From NCBI RefSeq assembly GCF_006345805.1, contig NC_043007.1, positions 992,001-1,056,000 on the forward strand: a stretch of 64,000 bases of DNA, in the 5' to 3' direction. Positions 1-11,845 of this stretch are shown here, piece by piece. The position numbers and the translations under genes are program-made. The stretch comes from Octopus sinensis (lineage: Eukaryota). Within the stretch, counting starts at the first letter, position 1. Each line of letters begins with the position of its first letter. The notes beneath the pieces were generated by a model. It was not told where the DNA came from. It worked only from the letters and a program-made list of their open reading frames with translations, and did not search any database.

Positions 1-507
1 TTATATATATATATATATAAATATGTATGTCTTTATTTGTGTGAGTAGATTTGTATTTCACCTATCTTTGTGTGTATGTTTGCTGATTGTAAAGAAAGGT
101 CTAGCTGTTCAGATGGTGTCTTTTGCTTGCAGCCTGCTGTGAAAGCATGTCCTTGTCTCTTTAGCATGTGGCACGATCTCTGTAAACAAAAGGCTCGTTT
201 ATAAGGTGTCGTTTATTCTCAATTTTCTGTAGAACCATGTCCAGATTGTGCTGTTCAGTAGACCGAGAGATTTTCATCAGGAACAGGGTCCTGCTGTAGA
301 AAACTTTGCCTTAGCATTTACCCTCATCTGATCCCATACAAGTACGGAAAAATAGGCATTAAAATGATGAAAAAATTTAAACATTTCTTGAGTAATTCAA
401 CTCTTTTGGAAACGTAAATCCCTGACATTTTCTGATAAACACAAGAACACAAATGAAATTGGTTTTCCCTTTTGTTTTATGTATGTTTTTCCCTTTCTTT
501 CCATCAG

Positions 508-599
508 ATGAAAATGTATCGCGGAGAAAAGACCCTGTGCACGAAGTATGTGAAGACCTTAAAGTAAAAATTGCCGACTTAGGAAATGCATGTTGGGTT
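508..599 (+). CDS. SRPK1: SR-protein kinase internal exon (end of spacer + DLG motif)
   Basis: ccatcag acceptor, GTAAGT donor at 600; reads (D)ENVSRRKDPVHEVCEDLKVKIADLGNACWV with the SRPK-diagnostic KIADLGNACW. Symbol is family-level; paralog not determinable. Confidence 0.95.
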
Positions 600-860
600 G
601 TAAGTATCTCAACCCTTTTGTTTTGGTAACCCTTGTTGAAGAACAGTCCTTGATTTTTTTTTTTTTTTAATTCTAATTAACTTTTCAACAATAATGAAGA
701 ATTTTGTAGAATAACTCTTGTCATTATTAAAGATGTTTAGAAAAAAATAATTTAACATGGAAATTTTGATGGACGGTTTTCAGCTGACTTCAAAACCTTT
801 CTATCTTGGAACCAAGGGTGACAGTCTATGCCATCCAACATTGAAAAAGGGTTAATGAGT

Positions 861-1087
861 TTAACCCTTTAGTATTTAAACCGGCCATATCCGGCCAAAA
901 TATTTAATCTGTTTTATGTTCAAACTGACCAGATCCAGGCTCTCACACCTACCCTACAATGTTATTCTACATTAAGTAATTACACCATCAAGATCTTGAA
1001 GATATGAGATAATGCATGATTAATTCAAATCAATGGGAATCAATAAGCATTATGTTTGATAGAATAATCTGAACGCTAAAGGGTTAA
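861..1087. mobile_element. piggyBac-type MITE (family 2)
   Basis: TTAA-CCCTTTAG...CTAAAGGG-TTAA termini; decayed relatives near 1620-2055, 31700-31870, 41290-41470. Confidence 0.75.
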
Positions 1088-1337
1088 ATAATGAGTTTAT
1101 GAGACTCAAGACTTGTATCCACATTTCAGCATCAACCAGATTCTAGCTTTATAAAACAGGAGATCCATTTAGAAAAAAAAAAAATCCTGTTGTTTGGTTT
1201 ACTTTATTCCTATACGATTTTTTTGGTTGATAGTGTATGGTATTTGTGGTTTAATTGTCTTCTCTGATGACTAAGTTTTGGTTGTAACTGACAAGCAGCA
1301 AACTTTGTTTTCAACATTCTCCGGTAATCATTGAATT

Positions 1338-1606
1338 GGAGGCACATGGCCTAGTGGTTAGAGCAGTGGACTTGCGGTCGAGGGATCGCGGGTTCAAATC
1401 TCAGACCGGGCGATGTGTGTGTTTATGAGCGAAACACCTAAGCTCCACGCGGTTCCAGCAGAAGGTAATGGCAAACTTCTGCTCACTCTTTCCTCCTGCA
1501 GCTCATCTGCGACAGACCAGCATCCTGTCTAGGTGGGGAACCTATGCGCCAAGGAAACCGGGGAACTGGCCCTTATGAGCCAGGCCTGGCTCGAGAAGGA
1601 ACAAAC
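1338..1606 (+). mobile_element. tRNA-derived SINE with V-domain-like body and 12-bp TSD
   Basis: A box TGGCCTAGTGG, B box GGTTCAAATC; aatcattgaatt duplicated at 1326-1337 and 1607-1618. Confidence 0.8.
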
Positions 1607-2117
1607 AATCATTGAATTCTGATATTTTAAACCTAGCAGCATTCAGCTTATTCTGTTAAATGTTAATGCTTATTCATTCCCAGTGTTTTGAATTAATCAT
1701 GGATTATCCTGTGGCTTTGAGATTTGGATAATGTGATTATTCATTTTTTTCAAAGACCATTGTAAAGTAGGTGTGAACTGCTAGACCTGGTTGGTTTTGA
1801 ACCTAAAAGGGGGCAGAATATTTGGGCCGGATATGGCTGGTTTTAACCTCTTAGCATTCAGATAACTCTGTCAAAAATAATGCTTATTTATTAACGACAT
1901 TGTTTTAAATTAATCCTTCATTATCTTGTAGCTTCAGAATTTCAATGACGTAATTGTTTATTTCTAGAATGTTGTTGTAGGATAGGTGTGAGAGGCTGGA
2001 TCTGGCCAGTTTTAACATAAAAAAAAAAAATTGTAAAATATTTGGGCCGGATGTGATGTGGGGCACAAATGAATCTGAGTTAGGATTTATTCCTAATGTT
2101 TCCCTCTTTTCTTTTAG

Positions 2118-2240
<123 letters not shown>

Positions 2241-3173
2241 TAAGACAGGCTTTGGAATATTTTAAGGGTCTGTGGATGGACCTTTTCACACATCTCTTGG
2301 TATATTTTAGGGATCTGTGGATGTCCCTTTTCATGCATTCCTTTGGAATATTTTAAGGGTCTGTGGATGTCCCTTTTCATGCATTCCTTTGGAATATTTT
2401 AAGGGTCTGTGGATGGACCTTTTCATGCATTCCTTTAGAATATTCAGTCTGCTTTGCGTAGCATCATTTAATCAAAATCAGGTATTTACCAGACAATCCA
2501 ACCTATACCAATGTCAAACCCTTGCCCCCCACCTCTGCTAGCATCTGGAGCACAGGACTTACTGGAGGCAGTATTCTATGGCTGGATGCTCTTCCTGCCA
2601 CCAACATTTACTGGTATTTTTTTAAACAAGGTACTCTATCTCAGATCTTTGCGCGTTGAACTGATGCTGACAGTTTTGTTCATGGCAGATGTAAAATGTG
2701 TCCCTACCATCTGCCAAAACCCTTCATTTTCATCTTACAATGAAGTTCATCCCTTAATTGATAAACAGATTAAGATTGGTTACAGGGAGTTCGTCTGCTT
2801 TCCATTGCTGGCATGGGTTGGATGGTTTGACTGAGGGCTGGATGCCATTCCTAACACCAACCACTCTGAGAGAGTAGTGTGTGCTTTTTACGTGCCACTG
2901 GCACGAGGGCAAGTCAGGTGGGACTGGCATCGACCACACTTGAATGCTTTTTATGTGCCACGGGCACAAGAACCAGTCAGGTGGTACTAGCAACAACCAT
3001 GCTAGAAATGGTGCTTTTTTTGTGCCACCGGCATGGGAGCCAGTCAGGCAGTGCTGGCAACAATCATCTGGCTTAAAGATTCTTCCCCAATTCCCATCTT
3101 TGTATAAGCCCTGCTAATATGGAGAAAAAAAAAAAGGAAGAGCAAACGATGTTCTGAACTCACAATGTACATA

Positions 3174-3692
3174 CCGTAAATCCTCGTGTATAGTCCGCCC
3201 TTGAGTATAATACGCAGGGGATTTTTAGGGGGCTGTACTTCTGAAAAACCTAAACCTTGGTTATAATATGCACCCCTTCTCTAACTTGAGTCATGTGTAA
3301 TTAAGCGAGTAGCACCTAGTTGAACAAACACTTCTGTGCATGCGTAATACAATAATGGTGATGTTCTTAACTGTTATATGGGAATGTAAATATGTTTGCA
3401 AATTGTTTTTGTTACATGTTATTCTGTGTTCTGAATACTTTTATTTTAATAAATGTTGCTTACTGTAAGTTATGGATGATTCTTTTATGACTTCATTGCT
3501 TTCAGGCTTAGCTTAAGATATTTCCATGCCTGACATCACAAAATGCGTCTGAATAAACATTGCCAGACAGCAAATCGAGACTCGGACATTGCTTGGAAAA
3601 TATTTTCCATTTTTAATCTCGTATATAATATGCACTAGGGATTTTGACCTTTAAATTTTGGGAAAAAAATGCAGATTATACTCGATTTACGG
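3174..3692. mobile_element. Tigger/pogo-like MITE
   Basis: TA-flanked imperfect TIRs ccgtaaatcctcgtgtatagtccgc / gcagattatactcgatttacgg. Confidence 0.7.
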
Positions 3693-3714
3693 TAAATTTT
3701 CAGGCTCTTGTTGA

Positions 3715-3942
<228 letters not shown>

Positions 3943-4165
3943 TAAAAGATATGACACTGGAGTGGTGGAAAAAATGTCTTTGCAGTATTTTAATTCTTTA
4001 CATTCTTGGTTCAAATCCAGTTGAGGTCAACTTGGGCCTTTCATCTCACTAGTTAGGAGAGGGAGGACAAAATAGGTACCTTTCAAGAACTGGGGTTGAT
4101 TTAATTGACTAATTCTGCACTTTGTTTCGTTATTGCTGGTTTTGTGTGTAAAAGAGAAACAATTA

Positions 4166-4395
4166 TTAACCCTTTTGTTACCATATTTCTGTTGAGATGC
4201 TCTGTGTTTCTTTCAATTAATTTTAAATATAACAAAGAACTTAGTAAAATAACTTCGTTATCATTCAGCTAGTGTTAGGAACATAAATTGTAACTAAGGT
4301 TTGGTGGAAGATTTTAATTCGAAACTTATGAAAACAAGACATTTGTACTACAGAGCCAGAGCTGGTTTCAGCTGGGTTGGTAACGAAAGGGTTAA
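4166..4395. mobile_element. piggyBac-type MITE (family 1)
   Basis: TTAA-CCCTTTTGTTACCA...TGGTAACGAAAGGG-TTAA; further copies 6773-6977, 7107-7311, ~31868-32097, 44451-44681, 44823-45048, ~61550-61780. Confidence 0.85.
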
Positions 4396-4453
4396 TCAAT
4401 GGGTACCTAACAGATTTTAATTAACGAGCCATTTTGCTTTTATTTAATTCTGA

Positions 4454-4696
<243 letters not shown>

Positions 4697-6497
4697 CAAT
4701 GGGGTGGTTGGTGGACTGGACTGCAATTTTCATACCACCACCTTTTTTCCCCCCACCTCCCAAAACAATTAAATTTAAACAAAAAAAAAAAACAAAAAAA
4801 TATCCTGCAAAATAAATTACAGAACCTCAACTGTGTTAACCATCCTTCCACCATCACCAGCATGGCCAACTAACCTTTTTTTTTTTTAATTTATTTTCCA
4901 TGTATATAAGGTTGTTTTTTTCTCTCTTCTCTTCTCTCTTTCCGTTATGTTCCTCTACCTGCTGCATCTTTCTCTGTCTCTAATGCCCCATAGCAGTTAG
5001 TGTTGGTAAAAAGTCCTGCTGCGGATGCAGAGAAAACTGAAGCTCTGGCTTGCTTCGACTCGCCATTTAATAATATTAAAAATAAAAGTGGTCTTTAAGA
5101 ACAGATCTGTTTTCTTTGGTCTTGTGCTGCTGCCAGACAAGTTTTCTCTGAGAAAGAAAGAAGTTGATGGGGGTGGGGCAGATACCTTTTAAAAAAAAAC
5201 AACAAAAAACAGATGATATAATGTGGAAAAAAGAAAAGCTGTATTTCCTTCATTGAAGCCTCTTAATTGACCATCTTGTGTCTGTCTCTCTCTCTCTCCT
5301 ACACAGACAAAGTCTATGCAATGATGTAGATAAGACCGTTTCCACTGTTGCACATTTCTAAAGGCTTATAAGATTAGTGTCTCTTCCTCACTGCTGTCCT
5401 CTTAGTTCTGAGTGCCATTGTTTAAATATTTCTACCTTAACGGATGAATCCTCATCAGATGTTACTGTTTATAAAGATTATAACCATCATCATTATCATC
5501 ATTCATTATATAATTATTATTATTATTATTATGATTATTCCAGTATTTTTCTTTTGGGAGGGTGGGGAAATGGCCTCAAATCCACATGAGGAAACATGCT
5601 GTCTTGTTGGCGCCAGTACTTAAAAAGACGAAAAAAAGAAAAAGATCAAATAAAAAAAAGCAAACATCTTTTGTTGTAGTCTTTGGGATGGGAGATAATG
5701 TCTCACTAGCTTCTTTTATTTTGCAGGAATCAGTTTTCGAAATAAAAAGTATTTTTCATATTTCTGAAGATCGGTCTTTTTGAAGTGTTGCAGTTTATTT
5801 GAGAAAGAGAAAAGGTTGGGGGGGTGGGGTGGGGAGCCCTCCACCCCTGCCAAGGAAAAAGAAAGGGGGGGTGTAGCCCTTCACCCCTGCCAGAGGGGTG
5901 GGGGGGAAAAAATAAATATAACAAACGCGTGTAAGTTTTTGAAGATATTTAAATTTAATTAATAACATAATTGTACAGTGAATAAAGAAGTGGAATGGGG
6001 AAGCTTAGCGATAAAGATAAATATATCGTAAAGAAGATGGGTGATAAAAATTTAGCTTTGTTGTTGAGACTCAAATTGAGAGAAGCATGACAACGGAACA
6101 GAAAGAGAGCCTTCATCTAGACAAGAAAGTAGGAGAGTTTTATACAATTGAATAAAAATGTGCATTTATCATTGGAAATGATTTTAATAGTATATAGAGG
6201 AAGGGGACAGTGTTTAGAAAACTTAACAGATGCACTAATTGTTTTTCTTTTTTGTTTGTAGTTATTGATGAGCATTTCTTTAAGAAAGTTTTTGGGTTTT
6301 TTTTTTTTAATATGTATGTGTGTGTTTATATATATATTGCAGGGAATGCCATCCAAAACAAGGCACCCGATTGCCAAGAACAAAGGGTCTTGATTTTTGG
6401 ATTTTTGTTAGGTTGATGGAGAGGGGAGGGGGAAAAAAAAACAAATTGTAATAATAATAATAATTGCAACATGAAGGGTTTTTTTTTTTTTTGTTTA
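4697..6497. other. Interval containing the convergent 3' UTRs of SRPK and plastin
   Basis: Lies between the two stop codons; no recognisable SINE/MITE; several AATAAA on + (e.g. 5082, 5741, 5981, 6151) and on - (6494-6499). Confidence 0.75.
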
Positions 6498-6671
6498 TTA
6501 TTCTTCTTCGATTGGTTTACTATTCAGCTCGATATCCAGTGCCATAAGGCAAGCGAATATCGTTAGGAGCATTTTGGGTTTCACTTCCACAATGTCCTCG
6601 GGTAAGGCATAAACACGGGCTCCTATTTTGCGGGACATTGAGATGGCGTATTTGGCGTTGTCGAGACGATC
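6498..6671 (-). CDS. PLS3: Plastin/fimbrin last coding exon (end of CH4)
   Basis: Not in ORF-track frame; tctttgcag acceptor; [57 protein letters not shown]. Symbol is family-level. Confidence 0.96.
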   Translation of the reverse strand, partial: DRLDNAKYAISMSRKIGARVYALPEDIVEVKPKMLLTIFACLMALDIELNSKPIEEE

Positions 6672-6772
6672 CTGCAAAGATAAATAATAAGAGCATGTTT
6701 AGTGGGGGGCAATCCTTTAGTGGCAATCAATTAAGAGAAATAGATTTAAGAATTGTTTCTCTCTTGTATATT

Positions 6773-7311
6773 TTAACCCTTTTGTTACCATATTTCTGTT
6801 GAGATACTCTGTGTTATTAATTTTAAATATAGCAAAGAATTTAGTAAAATAACTTTGTTAGGAACATAAATTGTGACAAAGGTTTGGTGGAAGATTTTTA
6901 TTCAGAACTTTGGAAAGCAAGACATTTGTACTCAGAGCCAGAGGGAGTTTCAGCCAGGTTGGTATCAAAAGAGTTAAACACACCTCTATACTTGGGCAGA
7001 TGCACATTAGAAGCAGTTGGAAGGGTGTGGATTGAAGGAAATTTAGGCTGTTATTTCTAGCATATAGAGTGACCGCATTAAGGTTTCCTTCTCTTATGTC
7101 TTCTGCAACCATATTTCTGTTTGAGAGGCTCTGTGTTTCTTTCAATGAATTTAAAATATAACAAAGAATTTGGTAAAATAACTCAGTCACATTTTATGTT
7201 CCTAAAACTAGCTAAATTATGGTGGAAGATTTTAATTCAAAACTTTTGAAAACAAGACATTTCTACTACAGAGCCAGAGGTGGTTTCAGCTGGGTTGGTA
7301 TCAAGAGTTAA
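6773..7311. mobile_element. MITE-spacer-MITE composite
   Basis: Two direct family-1 MITEs around a ~130-bp spacer; the same arrangement occurs inverted at 44451-45048. Confidence 0.7.
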
Positions 7312-7730
7312 AAGAACACACACAAAGAAAAAGACTATCCTTTACTTGTTCCAGCCATTGAACTGCAGCCCTGGTATTTTAGCAGTTCAGCAAAAGGAAG
7401 CTGATAGAATGAGTTACAGTGGATGTAAACAAACCAACACTGGTTGTCAAGCAGTGGTAGGGGACAAACCCAAAGAGACACACACACAAACAAACAGGCT
7501 TCTTTCAGTTTCTATCAAATTTATTCAAGGTTTCGGGTTAGCTCAGGGTTATTGTGGAACACACTTGCTCAAGATGCCACAGAGTAAGATTGATCCCAGA
7601 ACCATGTGGTTGGACAGGAAACCTCTTACCACAAAACTACACCAACACATTAGTAATCTATTCCATCAGACTTGGATATGAATATGCTACTTCAGTATCA
7701 TAATGTGTGTGTGTATATGTTTTTATTTAT

Positions 7731-8028
7731 CTTTTACTCTTTTACTTGTTTCAGTCATTAGACTACGGCTATGCTTATTTTATCGATCTCTTTTGCCGAA
7801 CCGCTAAGTGACAGGGATGTAAACACACCAGCATAGGTTGTCAAGCAATGCTAGGGGGACAAACACACAAACATATACACACACATACATATATATATAC
7901 ACATATACGACAGGCTTCTTTCAGTTTCCGTCTACCAAATCCACTCACAAGGCATTGGTCGGCCCGGGGCTATAGTAGAAGACACTTGCCCAAGATGCCA
8001 CGCAGTGGGACTGAACCCGGAACCATGT
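7731..8028 (-). mobile_element. SINE family A (ggctgtgtggtaagtagcttgcttacc head)
   Basis: tRNA-like head, internal (TA/CA) microsatellite, gaataaaa tail; many copies in window. Confidence 0.8.
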
Positions 8029-8399
8029 GGTTGGTAGGCAAGCTACTTACCACACAGCCACTCCTGCACCTATATATATATATAATAGAAATATGTTACA
8101 AAAAGAAAATAGAAACTTCATGGAAATGTAAGAAAAAAAAAATCGAAGAAAATCCTCATTGTAAATAAAAAAAGGCTTTTTATGAATGGTAACGACAGAT
8201 ATATACAATTAGATGACCTGAGGTAGTAATAAGTCATTATTATGAGATTATTGAAGAGATTCATGCATACTGCAGTTTCGTCAGGCTTTGAATATATATA
8301 TATATATATATATATATCAAAGCAAGACTTACTCTGATACAAATACTGTGGGTTTTTAAGAGATTTTCTAACAGATAAAAACAGAGCATCAGGTCTCCT

Positions 8400-8575
8400 T
8401 TCAACAACAGTGTATAAAAATATATGTAAAGATGGGGAGAGTTCACAAAAAAAAAGACGAAGACAGGTGGTGTAGAAAACAAACATGTATTAGTATAACG
8501 TTCAGGAATTGAGAAAGTCTTATGTTTCGAGCCTACGCTCTTCTTCAGAAAGAAACAAGGAGAGAAAATAATGTA
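8400..8575 (-). mobile_element. (TA)n-associated repeat with hammerhead-like motif
   Basis: Homologous to ~60470-60665; motif at 8518-8552. Confidence 0.55.
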
Positions 8576-8619
8576 AAGACGGCTGTTTTGATTTAATGCT
8601 GTTTCAGTTATGTACACTG

Positions 8620-8895
8620 AGTGGCTGTGTGGTAAGTAGCTTGCTTGTGGCACTGGGCAAGTGTCTACTACAGCTTTGGGCTGACCAAAGATGTGTGTGT
8701 TTGTCCCCCCAACATTGCTTGACAACCGATGCTGGTGTGTTTATGTCCCTGTAACTTAGTGGTTCGGCAAAAGAGACCGATAGAATAAATACTAGGCTTA
8801 CAAAGAATAAGACCTGGGGTCAATTTGCTCGACTAATGGTGGTGCTCCAGCATGGCCACAGTCAAATGACTGAAACAATTAAAAGAATAAAATAA
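8620..8895 (+). mobile_element. SINE family A (internally deleted)
   Basis: Same head and tail as other family A copies. Confidence 0.75.
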
Positions 8896-9044
8896 CGATA
8901 ATACTTTCTGCTGTAGACACAAGGCCTGAAATTTTGGTGGCGGGACCCAGTCAGTTACATCAAACCCAGTTTTCAGCTGGGACCTATTTTATTGGCCTCC
9001 ACCAAAAGGGCCAGAAGGAAAAAGTTGGACTCAATGTAATGGCA

Positions 9045-9290
9045 GACAAAATACCTATTTCTTTACTACCCACAAGGGGCTAAACACAGAAGGGACGAAC
9101 AAGGACAGACATAGGTATTAAGTTGATTACATCGACCCCAGTGAGTAACTGGTACTTATTTAATCGACCCCAAAAGGACGAATGGCAAAGTCGACCTCGG
9201 CAGAATTTGAACTCAGAACGTAACGGCAGACGAAATACTGCTAAGCATTTCTTGTCTATCATGTTAAATGATTCTGCCCTTTTGATGATG
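9045..9290 (-). mobile_element. SINE family B (ggcggtgagctggcagaatcgttagc head)
   Basis: Contains gagttcaaattc B-box-like motif and ggggtcgat...taagtaccagtt body. Confidence 0.8.
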
Positions 9291-9424
9291 ATGATGATGA
9301 TAATCATCATTTAATGTCCGTTTTTTTTCCATGCTGAGATGGGTTGGGCAGCCTAACTGGAACTAGCAAGGCTAGGGGCCACACCCACCTCCAGTCTGAT
9401 TTGGCATGGTTTCCACCTGTGTCA

Positions 9425-9665
9425 TCTCTTGTGAAAGGTAAGAGAGTCCAGTTTGCTGGACATTGTTGTAGAGCTGAAAACGAGGTAATTTCTACTCTTC
9501 TCCTCTGGAATCCGTCTGCTCGCGATTCCAGAGGGCGCACACTCTCCTACCCTGATGTTATCTCCAGGGATACAGGCATCCAGCAACAGGACCTCTGTAA
9601 TGCCATGATGGACCGTGAAGTCTGGCGTAGCATGGTAAATTCCATTGTCTCGAACAATGATGATG
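9425..9665 (+). mobile_element. RTE/RTE-X-type LINE 3' end
   Basis: FAGHCCRAENEVISTLLLWNP...DTGIQQQDLCNAMMDREVWR resembles RTE ORF2 C-termini; ends in (GAT)n. Confidence 0.7.
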
Positions 9666-9937
9666 ACGACTCGATGCCCTTTCTAATCCAAATCATCATC
9701 ATTGTTTAACGTCCGTTTTCCATGCTAGCATGGGTTGGATGGTTCGACCAGGGTCTGGGAAGCCAGGAGGCTGCACCAGACTCCAGTCTGATCTGGCAGA
9801 GTTTCTACAGCTGGATGCCCTTCCTAACGCCAACCACTCCACGAGTGTAGTGGGTGCTTTTTACGTGCCAGGGGAGGCTGGCAGCGGCCAACAAATGATA
9901 ATAATAAATAATAATAATAATAATAATAGAAACTAAC

Positions 9938-10081
9938 CTCTTCATTTTCACAGTCTTTGACAAAGCTATAATTGATAGAATTTGGTTTAATGGCATCAAC
10001 CAGGTCGACAATAGCCCGACTAGATGATAAATTTGAATCGTTAAGACTTGAAACAACAGAAGTTTTGCCAGACTCTTTAAG
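9938..10081 (-). CDS. PLS3: Plastin/fimbrin exon (CH4)
   Basis: ttttcag acceptor, GTTAGT donor, 144 nt; LKESGKTSVVSSLNDSNLSSSRAIVDLVDAIKPNSINYSFVKDCENEE. Confidence 0.93.
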
Positions 10082-10184
10082 CTGAAAAAGAAAAAAAAAA
10101 TATTAATAAATTGAATTTAAAAGAGAAAAAGTTTAGAATGGAATTGCCAAAAGAAAAACCAAAAAAGGGAATGGATTGACTTAC

Positions 10185-10306
10185 TTTTGTATTTGCCCAG
10201 TGAATGATATCTTTTTCTCCAATATCTCTGTCTCCCATATTAGAAGAACTTGTTAATTTACGGAGGATGGAAAGCGTGTAGGCTCTCATCAACTGCCACA
10301 CAATAG
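10185..10306 (-). CDS. PLS3: Plastin/fimbrin exon (CH3 end / CH4 start)
   Basis: (A)IVWQLMRAYTLSILRKLTSSSNMGDRDIGEKDIIHWANTK; GTAAGT donor; 103-bp intron to next exon. Confidence 0.95.
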
Positions 10307-10379
10307 CTGAAAAGGGAAAGAAATTTGTATATGGGGTTACTCAGAAAGGTTGATAATGTTGGTTACAAATTTGTGGGGA

Positions 10380-10925
10380 GGGACTCATTCAATTAGATCA
10401 ATCCTATTGACCCTGAAAGGTTGAATGGCAAAGTCAACCTCGGCGGGATTAGAACACGGAACATAAAAACAGACAAAATGTTTGCTTAGCGTTTTGTCCA
10501 GCATGCTGACAATTCTTATTTCTTTATTGCCCACAGGGGGCTAAACATACAGGGGACAGACAAAGGGATTAAGTTGATTACATTGACACCAGTGCATAAC
10601 TGGTACTTAATTTATCGCCCCAGAAAGGATGACAGGCAAAGTCGACCTCACTGGAATTTGAACTCAGAACGTAAAGACAGACGAAATACCTATTTCTTTA
10701 CTACCCACAAGGAGCTAAACACAGAGGAGACAAACAAGGACAGGCAGACGGATTAAGTCGATTATATCGACCCCAGTGCATAACTGGTACTTATTTAATC
10801 GATCCCGAAAGGATGAAAGACAAAGTCAACCTCAGCGGAATTTGAACTCAGAACGTAATGGCAGATGAAATATAGCTACGCATTTCACCCGGTATGCTAA
10901 TAATTCTGCCAGTTCGTTGCCTTTA
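10380..10925 (-). mobile_element. SINE family B head-to-tail multimer
   Basis: About three ~180-bp body modules with a single head at the right end. Confidence 0.75.
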
Positions 10926-11110
10926 TAAAAATTTAATATATTCTTTTCTACTCTAAGCATAAGGCCCGAAATTTTTGGGGAGGGAGCCAATCAATTAGAA
11001 AATGATTAACTTTCTATTGCTTTAGAGGAAATTATGGCATTGGTGTAATTATTGAATCAAGGAATTTTTTTGCTTCTTAAATACACCAACATTAAACAGA
11101 ACAGTATTCA

Positions 11111-11845
11111 ATTCCCGTTCAAAATATAGTTTCCAAAGTGACAACTAGTCACTGATCTCATTGTGAGATTTAAAAATACTAATTTTCTAATTTATAGATC
11201 AGTGATTGGTTATCACTTTGGAAACTATATATTTCGAATGGGAATTTGGCAATGCCACCTCTAGCCAAACAATTATTCTGTGCTGATGAAGGGAAATCAC
11301 AATACACAGATATTGTTTTGAGCTGAGTGGGAGTGCTAGATTCCCTTATTTGAAAATATAAGAGCACAGATCGTGTCATATAGCCAGCTGGAGACGATGT
11401 CTCCTGGGGCTAAATTACAGCAACATTCGTCCTAAACCAGGACTGCCATGTTATGTTGGCAAACAATCTTTACAACAAAGTACTGTTGCTGAATATCTCA
11501 CGCTGTGAGGTTTAAAAATAGTAATTTTCTAATTTATAGATCAGTGATTGGTTATCACTTTGAAAACTATATATTTCGAATGGGAATTTGGCAGAGCCAC
11601 CTCTAACCAAACAATTATTCTGTGCTGATGAAGGGAAATAACCTGGAAATCGCAATACCCAGATATTGTTTTGGGCTGAGTGGGGGTGCTAGATTCCCTT
11701 GTTTGAAAATATAAGGACACAGATCATGTTGTATAGCCAGCTGGAGACCATGTTTCCTGGGGCTAAATTACAGCAGTATTCATCCTAAATCTTTACTCCA
11801 AAGTTCTGTTGCTCGAGACTTTCAAATAGTAATTTTCTAATACAT
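11111..11845 (+). repeat. 342-bp tandem repeat with a hammerhead-like motif per unit (retrozyme-like)
   Basis: Units start 11163 and 11505; CTGATGA at 11283 and 11625; short inverted copy at 11111-11158. Confidence 0.7.

Noticed and set aside
5415-5465. Minus-strand CUGAUGA-GGA(UUCA)UCC in the UTR interval
   Set aside because: Followed by GUUA rather than GAAA; no helix III or stem I.
11163-11845. CRISPR-like or prokaryotic array
   Set aside because: Eukaryotic intron; units are long homologous repeats without unique spacers.
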